Source: a virus (lineage: Duplodnaviria > Caudoviricetes). From it: a DNA stretch of 30,574 nt. Shown in pieces: positions 19,348 through 27,228 of the stretch. Both the position numbers and the translations under genes were made by a program. The stretch's first letter is position 1. Each line of letters starts with the position of its first letter. The DNA lies in IMG/VR virus record IMGVR_UViG_3300032118_003131, positions 1-30,574 of that record. One strand, written 5' to 3'. The notes beneath the pieces were generated by a model. The model saw nothing but the letters and a program-made list of their open reading frames with translations. It did not search any database and was not told the DNA's origin.

Positions 19348-21399
19348 ATGGTAGAAGATTGTTATATACTTTATTCCTGTGATGGGAGTTATGAGCCAAT
19401 AGTATCAAACTATTCAGGATTCAGCGCTTATTCCTCGACTTTTATAGGGATTGAAATAGTTGATATATCAATTACCGCAAATACTTGTTTTTATGTGCTA
19501 AGTTTAGGTGAAGTAGATTGTTCAGTTACTGAAGATGTAATACCTGTTACAGGAGTAACATGTGATTGTCCTTGTTATTGTTATTTTATTAGATCCGCAA
19601 CCGAAACTACAGATGTAACTTATGTGGATTGTAATGATGATATTGTTGTTGAGACAATACAATCAGGATTAACATATAATATTTGTAGTAAAGTATACCC
19701 ACAATTTGACACAACAGTACAGATACCTTTAAAACTAACGGATCTTTGTCAAGATAATCAATGCCCCCCAACAATACCAACGGTTAAACCACCAAACGAA
19801 TGTGATGTAATTACAATATTTCCAATGTATATTGAATGTTTAACACAACAACCAAGTAATGATAGAACCTTTGACGGATCAACTGCTTTAATTATAACTG
19901 GAGGAACACCTCCATATACTATTTTTTGGGAGGTTGGTAGTTTTGCTCCGGCTTTAATAAATTTAAGTGTAGGGGCTTACACCGCAACGGTTACAGATTA
20001 CTATGGTGATTTTACAGCAACAACAACATGTTTGTTAACCGCAGAAACTTTATCATTATCAGCAATGTGTTTTGTGGTTTCAGGTGTTATTAAAAATCAA
20101 GTTGTATATATAACAAGTCAAAATCAAGGGATATTAAATGGTAAACCTTATTATTATTTACAGTATGGCGTAAACACACTTGGATATGTTTATTGGGATG
20201 GACAAACAGAACTTTGGACTTTCTGTAATGGTCTAAGTTGTCAAGGATCTCCTTATAATACTTTAGATAACGGAGGATATTTTTATCCAACAGGAACTAC
20301 AGGAGATTGGATTGTTAATATGAATAGCCTTTACCATATTACAGAATCCTATGAAGGGTCTTGTAATATTCCTGTAATATCAAAAGATCTATATAATCTG
20401 TGTGTTAATTTAGAGGTTAGAAGTGATGATGTAGGATATATAAGCGAAATTGTCCAAATACAAATGTACTCAGCAAGTACAATAAATGGACAACCAAGTT
20501 GGACTTCAGTAACTTCACAATATTTAATTTATTGGAATACAGGATCAACACCATCACAATGGATTATGACAGGATATCCACTTACTAGTTTGATTAATTA
20601 CGACCCAACATATCCACCATTATCTAATTGGCAAATTTTAGGGTCACCAACGGTTTTAAATATGACGGTACTAACAGGAATTTGTTCTACAGCGTATACC
20701 GTAAATAATAACATTGTTGCTAATGACGCAATTTGTAATCAACAAGGAAGTATAACTATAAACACCAACAATGGCGTTTCACCATATCAATATTCAATTA
20801 ATACAGGTCAATCCTATCAAGCATCACCTATCTTCAACAATCTACAACCTGGAACTTATTATGTAGTTACAAAAGATTCTAATAATGTTACAAGCATAAT
20901 TACCCCAATAATTATTAATGCAACTCAACCAATAACATATACGATAACACTAAGTGTTAATTACGCAAATGACACATTTTCAGTTTCCGCTCAAACTTTA
21001 CCAGTAGGAGTATCAATATCTTTTGATCTTGTTCATACTAGTAATTTAGTTTATTATCCTAACACAATGACTCCTATTCCATCATACAATAATTTTGCAA
21101 CAATAACTGGCGTTGGACCACTTCTATTTTATAGTACATTAACAGGTACGCAAAATATTCCTGGACCTTGTACTCAAGTGAATTCACCATCAATTCAAAA
21201 TCAAATTAATAACACGTATTATTCGGCGGTAACACTAACAAGCGGTCAAATTATTTATGGTACGGTTACAGATCAAATAACTAACTTTATAGCTGGTTAT
21301 TGTAAGAGCGTTTCCGGTACTTATGTAATTCAAGCGGGGAATCCACAAATAAAAAATTGCGATTGTTGTATAGTTAAGATAGACACTCCTGTAAATTAA
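19348..21399 (+). CDS. Cys-rich, SprB-repeat-containing putative fibre protein
   Basis: 683 aa; FDGSTALIITGGTPPYTIFW...GAYTATVTD and ICNQQGSITINTNNGVSPYQYSI...FNNLQPGTYYVVTKDSN are SprB-like; N-terminal Cys modules; two NG(K/Q)P...YW...W modules. Confidence 0.65.
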   Translation: MVEDCYILYSCDGSYEPIVSNYSGFSAYSSTFIGIEIVDISITANTCFYVLSLGEVDCSVTEDVIPVTGVTCDCPCYCYFIRSATETTDVTYVDCNDDIVVETIQSGLTYNICSKVYPQFDTTVQIPLKLTDLCQDNQCPPTIPTVKPPNECDVITIFPMYIECLTQQPSNDRTFDGSTALIITGGTPPYTIFWEVGSFAPALINLSVGAYTATVTDYYGDFTATTTCLLTAETLSLSAMCFVVSGVIKNQVVYITSQNQGILNGKPYYYLQYGVNTLGYVYWDGQTELWTFCNGLSCQGSPYNTLDNGGYFYPTGTTGDWIVNMNSLYHITESYEGSCNIPVISKDLYNLCVNLEVRSDDVGYISEIVQIQMYSASTINGQPSWTSVTSQYLIYWNTGSTPSQWIMTGYPLTSLINYDPTYPPLSNWQILGSPTVLNMTVLTGICSTAYTVNNNIVANDAICNQQGSITINTNNGVSPYQYSINTGQSYQASPIFNNLQPGTYYVVTKDSNNVTSIITPIIINATQPITYTITLSVNYANDTFSVSAQTLPVGVSISFDLVHTSNLVYYPNTMTPIPSYNNFATITGVGPLLFYSTLTGTQNIPGPCTQVNSPSIQNQINNTYYSAVTLTSGQIIYGTVTDQITNFIAGYCKSVSGTYVIQAGNPQIKNCDCCIVKIDTPVN

Positions 21400-21432
21400 T
21401 TTTTAGAAAGTGGTATGAACTTAATAAACTAA

Positions 21433-21439
21433 TATTTAT
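21433..21439 (+). promoter_or_regulatory. TATTTAT motif, putative late promoter element
   Basis: AATATTTATA, with the heptamer ending 6 nt before the ATG at 21446. Confidence 0.45.
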
Positions 21440-21445
21440 ATTTAA

Positions 21446-24331
21446 ATGGCTTACATAATAAAAAATACTTCAGGCTTAGTTAACACTAGAGTTACAGATA
21501 CGGGTAGACAAAAACTATCTGAAGGTAACTTTAATATTGCTTATTTTGCTATAGGAGATAGTGAGGTTTCATATAACACTCTTCCATCAACTTATAACCA
21601 AGCAAATACTGTGATTTTGGAACCACAGTTTAACGCTCAAAACAGTAGTGGTGTTCCTGAATCAAACAGACAATATATTAAGTATCCTTATTTGGTTGAC
21701 CAAGGAGAAACAAATATTTATGGAATTCCATTTATGGATTCTATATTTGATTCAGTATTTAATAGGGCAGCACCAAGAGGTTTTTTTACAGGTAATACAA
21801 CAGCAACAACAATTAATTGGTCGGCTTTCACAAGTAGTAATTATGTCTCAACACCTAATTATGTTGTTAACATGTCATCTTTAAGTGGAACAAACCAAAT
21901 TGAAGTTTATAATTTAAATTGTAATCCAACTATAACGGAAACACCACAAGTTGGTGACTTTATTACAATTTATTACGATGGATTGGCGGCTTTAGATTGT
22001 TCATGTTCAAATTTACCAACACCAACACCAACTATTTCACCAACGGCTAGTCAATATCAAACACCAACACCAACACCAACAGTTACAAGTTCGGGGGTTG
22101 GTCCTTGTACCTCACCAACGGCAACACCAACACCTACTAAAACACCTTGTATTACAGTATCACAAAGTCCTGTATGTCCAGTACCACCAATGACTGAATG
22201 TACTAAACAGGTTTATGGTTGTTACCCAATTTTAACTTATAGAATTGTTGCGGTATGTGGTAGTTTATTAACTTTAGATAGAGCAACTCCTGATTTTTTA
22301 GAAGTTGCAACTCAATGTGTTGCAAGAGCATTGATTTATCCACCTAAAATGGTACCTCTTTACGATAGTTTTACTCCTAGACCGCATTGGAATGATAGTG
22401 TTATTGATTTTGAATCTGTTTGTGATACCGATCAGTTTGATGTTAAAATTTGGAATATGAATATTCCATGGACAGAAAGTCCAGCGGGATTATTATCAAA
22501 TCAAGTCCAAAATTACACTAAGTTTGGGTCTGTACAATATATTGGGTCTAAAGAGTATTTTGGTTATACAACAAGTGCTCAAACCTCAACAGATGATGTA
22601 TATCATTATAACTCATTTGGGGAAAAACAAGTTGTAACACCACAAAATCAAAAAGCAATATCTATAATACATTATACAAATCAAACTATTGATTTCTTTT
22701 ATGGTGAGAAATTTGCGATGCAACCTTACGATGCTCAGAATCCTGAAAATACACAAGGACAAGCAAGAAATTTTAAATTACACATACCAACATTAATGTG
22801 GCATAAAAACCCTGAATGTTGTTTTGGTCAAACATTTTATGTTGATCCTTCGGGATTTGATAATAAAAATTTATTTCAAGTTCAATATACAAAGTCTACT
22901 GTATCTGAAAACATGAACCAACCTGGTTTAAGATACTATAACCTTTGGGACACATTTGCACAACCAAATGGATTACCAAGTAGAATTGGTAAAGTATATC
23001 CTGATTCTAAAATGGTGATTATTGATGATGAAGAAATAGTAGCGGCACTTTCTTATAAATCAAATAGAAACTGGACATTACCGTCACCTCAATTATCGCT
23101 TATCACACCAAACACATGTGGTACATCAAATACTACAGGATTACTTACAGGTGGTGCGGAAACTTTATGGGTTACTTATAGATTATCAAATCATGACACA
23201 TTTACAAATTCATTACATTGTAATTACTACACTAGTATTTTAGGAACTGAAAATATTTGTACACCAGATACACCAAGAAATGTTGGAGTTAGATTTGGAG
23301 GAGATTTTTCATGTTTAGTACAACCATCGTTTATTCCAATTCCTAACCCCACAAGTACACCAACGACAACTCCTACAGTAACACCAACTAATACTAAAAC
23401 TCCAACACCAACACCAACTGAGGTTTGTTTCAATTACCGTGTTAAAGGAGATGCCGATGGCGTCATTTATACATTTACACCTTGTTGTGGAGAGACACTG
23501 ACTTCACCATTTACTGATAATGATGCAGGAACTAGCTATTATATTTGTTCTTCTAGTGGGATTGTTGTTACAAATGGTACTGCAACAGTAATTAATCAAG
23601 GAGCTTGTCCTGGATGTCAAACACCAACTAATACACCAACTGTAACACCAACGGTTACACCAACAAATACAATAACACCAAGTGTTACAAATACTCAAAC
23701 ACTAACCCCAAGTGTTACCGTAACTAACACACAAACAGAATTTAACACACCTACACCAACACCTACAGTTACTTTAACACCTACACCAACAGGATGTCCT
23801 ACTTGTGTTGTACCTCAAGGTTTTTATGCAACTGAATTCCAAGTTTTGGCTCAAAAAGTGCCTGTTGGGCAAAGACCAGTTGCCGAAAATTGGAAAATAA
23901 TAGACTTTACAAGTGAGATAAGTTCAATGTTTATAAATGGTTTTGTAACTCAGGAGTCTCTTACAGGAACAACTTTTGTTATCTCACAAGACAATTATTC
24001 TGCGGCAAATTATTACAATCTTAACGATTATATTGATTTAGTACCTTTAAATTATAGTGGAACAAGCATGAATTTTGGTGATGAGTATTTCTTTTATGGA
24101 AATTTAGAAACCGACATTCAAGCAACAATTTACGAAATGAAGTACAAAATTAATTTAAGTTCTTCTGAGTTCTTAGTTTCTCAAAACCCAACATGGAAAT
24201 TCGGAACACCATCTTATGTTACAGAAATTGCGTTATTAGATGAAAACGAAGATATATTAGTTATGTCAAAAATGCAATCACCAGTGTTAAGACAAGGGAT
24301 TCAACAGTATGTAATTAAATTAGATTTTTAA
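21446..24331 (+). CDS. Baseplate/tail-collar fibre-type protein (DUF3751-like termini) with Pro-Thr and Cys-rich insertions
   Basis: 961 aa; N-terminal VTDTGRQKLSEGNFNIAYFAIGDSE and C-terminal YVTEIALLDENEDILVMSK resemble the two halves of the P2 gpH N-terminal domain; three PT tracts inside. Confidence 0.6.
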   Translation: MAYIIKNTSGLVNTRVTDTGRQKLSEGNFNIAYFAIGDSEVSYNTLPSTYNQANTVILEPQFNAQNSSGVPESNRQYIKYPYLVDQGETNIYGIPFMDSIFDSVFNRAAPRGFFTGNTTATTINWSAFTSSNYVSTPNYVVNMSSLSGTNQIEVYNLNCNPTITETPQVGDFITIYYDGLAALDCSCSNLPTPTPTISPTASQYQTPTPTPTVTSSGVGPCTSPTATPTPTKTPCITVSQSPVCPVPPMTECTKQVYGCYPILTYRIVAVCGSLLTLDRATPDFLEVATQCVARALIYPPKMVPLYDSFTPRPHWNDSVIDFESVCDTDQFDVKIWNMNIPWTESPAGLLSNQVQNYTKFGSVQYIGSKEYFGYTTSAQTSTDDVYHYNSFGEKQVVTPQNQKAISIIHYTNQTIDFFYGEKFAMQPYDAQNPENTQGQARNFKLHIPTLMWHKNPECCFGQTFYVDPSGFDNKNLFQVQYTKSTVSENMNQPGLRYYNLWDTFAQPNGLPSRIGKVYPDSKMVIIDDEEIVAALSYKSNRNWTLPSPQLSLITPNTCGTSNTTGLLTGGAETLWVTYRLSNHDTFTNSLHCNYYTSILGTENICTPDTPRNVGVRFGGDFSCLVQPSFIPIPNPTSTPTTTPTVTPTNTKTPTPTPTEVCFNYRVKGDADGVIYTFTPCCGETLTSPFTDNDAGTSYYICSSSGIVVTNGTATVINQGACPGCQTPTNTPTVTPTVTPTNTITPSVTNTQTLTPSVTVTNTQTEFNTPTPTPTVTLTPTPTGCPTCVVPQGFYATEFQVLAQKVPVGQRPVAENWKIIDFTSEISSMFINGFVTQESLTGTTFVISQDNYSAANYYNLNDYIDLVPLNYSGTSMNFGDEYFFYGNLETDIQATIYEMKYKINLSSSEFLVSQNPTWKFGTPSYVTEIALLDENEDILVMSKMQSPVLRQGIQQYVIKLDF

Positions 24332-24385
24332 AAAGCTACAATTTTTTAACATTCTTTCTATATATTAAGTTAACAAAACAATTAT

Positions 24386-24991
24386 ATGACAAAAAGTATT
24401 AAAAACTCACCCAAAGTTTTGGGTTTAGATATCTCAACTAAAACAATAGGTTGGGCGCTTTTTGACATCCAAACTGAAGAACTTTTAGAGTTAACCCATG
24501 TTTCACCAAGACCTAAAGTGGATAAAGATGAAGATAAACTTAAAGAACTTCTTTTAAAGTCTGAAATATTTTCAGAAAAACTTAAAGAGTATAAAGACTT
24601 AGGGATAGTTAGGGTAATTATTGAAGAACCACTTTTAAACTCAAATAATGTTTATACAATTCAAACACTCTTGAGGTTTAATAGTTTTGTTTTCAAGGAG
24701 ATATATAATATATTAGATATAGTTCCTGAATTTATATCAACATATAATTCAAGAAAGTTTGCATTTCCTGAATTAGTACAAGAAAACGATAAAAAGAAAT
24801 TTGTGTTATTTGGAGGTTTGCCAAAAGATGTGGATAAGAAAATGATTATTTGGGATAAAGTCGCCAAAAGAGAACCACAAATAAAATGGTTGTATACAAG
24901 AAATAACACACTTAAGAAAGAAAATTTTGATCAAACAGATGCCTACGCTTGTGTGTTAGGTTTTATGAGAACAAAAGGTATTTGGAAATAA
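24386..24991 (+). CDS. ruvC: RuvC-like Holliday junction resolvase
   Basis: 201 aa; VLGLDISTKTIGWALF, VIIEEP and FDQTDAYAC supply the RNase H-fold D/E/D/D catalytic set. Confidence 0.85.
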   Translation: MTKSIKNSPKVLGLDISTKTIGWALFDIQTEELLELTHVSPRPKVDKDEDKLKELLLKSEIFSEKLKEYKDLGIVRVIIEEPLLNSNNVYTIQTLLRFNSFVFKEIYNILDIVPEFISTYNSRKFAFPELVQENDKKKFVLFGGLPKDVDKKMIIWDKVAKREPQIKWLYTRNNTLKKENFDQTDAYACVLGFMRTKGIWK

Positions 24992-25016
24992 TATTGTTTA
25001 AAATACCAATCATTTG

Positions 25017-25048
25017 AAATATCACCTCTTTAGGTGATATTTTTTTTT
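25017..25048 (+). terminator. Intrinsic terminator between convergent genes, possibly bidirectional
   Basis: Perfect 11-bp stem AAATATCACCT / AGGTGATATTT with CTTT loop, followed by a T-run; lies between the RuvC stop and the minus-strand gene stop. Confidence 0.85.
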
Positions 25049-26930
25049 AACATACAAATCCCAAAGGGATTATGAATACATTTTGTGGGTTGTTTGAAAC
25101 AGGTACCGTAGAGGAACAAATCACACTAAATGCATAACCAGCCAAAGAAACAGTTATGGGTGATCCTCCAACACAAGTTGTGTATTGAAATGTTATGACT
25201 GATGGGCTCACATTAGTGACACGATATTTCTTTTGAACACAAGGTGTTGCACTTGGTGTTGGAGTAGGTGTTGGTGTTAATGTCGGGCAAGGAACATTTA
25301 ATAGGGTTGTGGTAAAAGTATCATCAAAACAACCTACGGATGGATTGGTAGTTAAACCAATAACCCACTCTAATGCTGTGCCTATTGGAAGTTCGCTATC
25401 TATTTCTAAATAAGCCCCTAATACATTTGTTGTGGTTTCAGTTGCATTCCATCGGTCATTGATATTATCCCAATAAATTTTATAAAAGTACTGAGGGGAA
25501 ATAGGTAAAGTAAAACTCCATGTATATGATAGTTTACCATTAATATACGGACCTGGAGTAGCATAAGAAGTACCACATTTGGAACTAGCAATAACACATT
25601 CTAAAATTGGTTCAGGTAAAGATGGTGTACATTCTAAACACGAACCTAAGTTAGATGGGCCAACTTCATTTGTTAAACTAATATTATCAACACCACTTAT
25701 GTTTTCAAATAAACCTTCAAATACCACACAATAACTTAATCCGTTGATCGTTGCGTTATACACATAACCTTCTTTTGGTGATGTAGTACCTGAAACTAAA
25801 ACTAATCCTGATGTAAAGTAATTAATTCCTGTAAAACAATCTTTAAATTTCTTACTATTAGCACATTCAATAATTTGATTTATGGAGTTAAATACTACTT
25901 CACCCGAAAAAACACAAGGTCTTGTAATAACAGGTGTTGACGAAGGTGTAACTGTTGGAGTCGCAGTTGGGGTAGGAGAAATTGACGATATGCTTGCACT
26001 AAGAGACCTTCCACCACAAAGTGCTGTCACAGAAGGGGTTGGTGTTATAGTAGGGGTTGTTGTGTTGGTAGGTGTGATACTTGGTGTTGGTTGAATAAAA
26101 CAATCAAAAATTGCGTCAAAGTCAAAATTCGCACAAGGATTTGTGGTTGTGGTTGTTGTGACACAAATACCAATATACATCACAGTATCGTCTAAATCTG
26201 GTGTAGACGAAGTACTACCATATGGCCCAAACTCAACGCAAGGATCACCTAAATTCGCAGCTAAACACCATCTATTTTCAAGTATTGAATAAAAAATAAA
26301 ACCAACCAATAATGTTGTATTGTTATAATAATTATATCCGTCATAAGTACCACCAAAAAAATAATCACCGTCGTAAGTTATTGTATTATGAACACAATAA
26401 TCTGATGTTGGGGTTGATGAAGGTGTTGGGGTAAATGTTGGTGTTGGTGTTGGGGTTTTTGTGTTAGTAGGTGTTAATGTTTGTGTAGGAGTATTTGTTG
26501 GAGTTTCAGTTGGCGTATTAGTTGGAGTTTCAGTTGGCGTATTTGTTGGAGTTTCAGTTGGAGTATTTGTTGGAGTTTCAGTTGGCGTATTTGTTGGAGT
26601 TTCAGTTGGCGTATTTGTTGGAGTTTCAGTTGGCGTATTAGTTGGTGTTGTTGTTAACGTAGGTGTAACTGTTGGAGTTGGTGTTGGGGTTGGTGTTGGA
26701 CAACGAGTCGATGATACAATATACACACCAGAGTAATCATAAACATAGTTTTGATAATAGAAGAAAAAACTTCCACTTGCTGGTGTTAAACAACCAGGGT
26801 CTGTGTTAACTGTTGTAAAATCAGGAAAAGGTGCTGTGGCATCAATATAAACTTGCATTTCTTTACCATTACCCTCACATAATCCTGCTGAAGTTGTACC
26901 AGTATATATACTAAAAAGAACACACGCCAT
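25047..26930 (-). CDS. Pro-Thr-rich, Cys-rich modular protein (putative virion fibre/decoration)
   Basis: 627 aa; ~95-aa [10 protein letters not shown] stalk plus further PT tracts separating Cys-rich modules shared with the plus-strand fibre genes. Confidence 0.7.
   Translation of the reverse strand: MACVLFSIYTGTTSAGLCEGNGKEMQVYIDATAPFPDFTTVNTDPGCLTPASGSFFFYYQNYVYDYSGVYIVSSTRCPTPTPTPTPTVTPTLTTTPTNTPTETPTNTPTETPTNTPTETPTNTPTETPTNTPTETPTNTPTETPTNTPTQTLTPTNTKTPTPTPTFTPTPSSTPTSDYCVHNTITYDGDYFFGGTYDGYNYYNNTTLLVGFIFYSILENRWCLAANLGDPCVEFGPYGSTSSTPDLDDTVMYIGICVTTTTTTNPCANFDFDAIFDCFIQPTPSITPTNTTTPTITPTPSVTALCGGRSLSASISSISPTPTATPTVTPSSTPVITRPCVFSGEVVFNSINQIIECANSKKFKDCFTGINYFTSGLVLVSGTTSPKEGYVYNATINGLSYCVVFEGLFENISGVDNISLTNEVGPSNLGSCLECTPSLPEPILECVIASSKCGTSYATPGPYINGKLSYTWSFTLPISPQYFYKIYWDNINDRWNATETTTNVLGAYLEIDSELPIGTALEWVIGLTTNPSVGCFDDTFTTTLLNVPCPTLTPTPTPTPSATPCVQKKYRVTNVSPSVITFQYTTCVGGSPITVSLAGYAFSVICSSTVPVSNNPQNVFIIPLGFVC
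26491..26645 (-). repeat. 6+ x 24-bp tandem repeat encoding TNTPTETP
   Basis: Plus-strand unit gtatt(t/a)gttggagtttcagttgg(c/a) starts at 26491, 26515, 26539, 26563, 26587, 26611, with a partial copy at 26635. Confidence 0.92.
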
Positions 26931-26931
26931 T

Positions 26932-27153
26932 TTATAAAGTTAAATTTTCTTCGATTATGCAATTAGAGTTATCCACAACCCTTAAACCTATAGGGTTCAT
27001 GCCCTCTTGAATAAATGGTAATATAAAAATATATGGAATTTGACCTGATGTTATTGTTGAAACATAAACACAAGTTGTGTACCCTGTATCACATGTGTAT
27101 ATATCAAAAGGTGACAATCCTGCTAATGTGTTTATTGTTATTTGTGTTGGCAT
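26932..27153 (-). CDS. Small Cys-containing beta protein, paralog of the N-terminal domain of 17513..18313
   Basis: 73 aa; [16 protein letters not shown]...CVYV...P..F.LP...VVDNSNC aligns by eye with ITI..ITGLIPPFSAYCCD...CSYV...P..F.L.P...LIDSIGC; stop is 1 nt from the next ATG. Confidence 0.7.
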   Translation of the reverse strand: MPTQITINTLAGLSPFDIYTCDTGYTTCVYVSTITSGQIPYIFILPFIQEGMNPIGLRVVDNSNCIIEENLTL

Positions 27154-27160
27154 ATCAACA

Positions 27161-27167
27161 ATAAATA
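27161..27167 (-). promoter_or_regulatory. TATTTAT motif on minus strand
   Basis: Plus-strand ATAAATA; 7 nt upstream of the minus-strand ATG at 27153, i.e. it flips orientation with the gene. Confidence 0.5.
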
Positions 27168-27192
27168 TAAAAGAACAGAAAAGTTTGTGTAG

Positions 27193-27221
27193 TTGATGTA
27201 TTGAAAGTTTATGATTATATT
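27193..27221 (+). promoter_or_regulatory. Putative sigma70-type promoter for primase
   Basis: TTGATG (27193-98), 17-nt spacer, TATATT (27216-21); ATG 7 nt downstream. Confidence 0.4.
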
Positions 27222-27228
27222 ATAAGGA

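Noticed and set aside
18122-23617. Diversity-generating retroelement TR/VR pair
   Set aside because: The two similar Cys modules differ at all base types and by indels, not only at adenines, and no reverse transcriptase is present in the window.
1-24331. Bacterial extracellular contractile injection system or T6SS locus
   Set aside because: Directly linked to RuvC, a phage-type primase, an exonuclease and small phage-like ORFs; no bacterial housekeeping genes.
26491-26645. Regular repeats resembling a CRISPR array
   Set aside because: Units are head-to-tail with no unique spacers and encode an in-frame TNTPTETP stalk.
23227-26736. Val/Gly-rich ORFs at 23227-23433 (-), 25882-26094 (+) and 26461-26736 (+)
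   Set aside because: Antisense shadows of Pro-Thr codons (reverse complements of CCA/ACA give VGVG).
26925-26940. Programmed frameshift or readthrough fusing the 73-aa and 627-aa genes
   Set aside because: The frames differ, no convincing slippery heptamer is present, and the downstream gene has its own ATG 1 nt after the stop.
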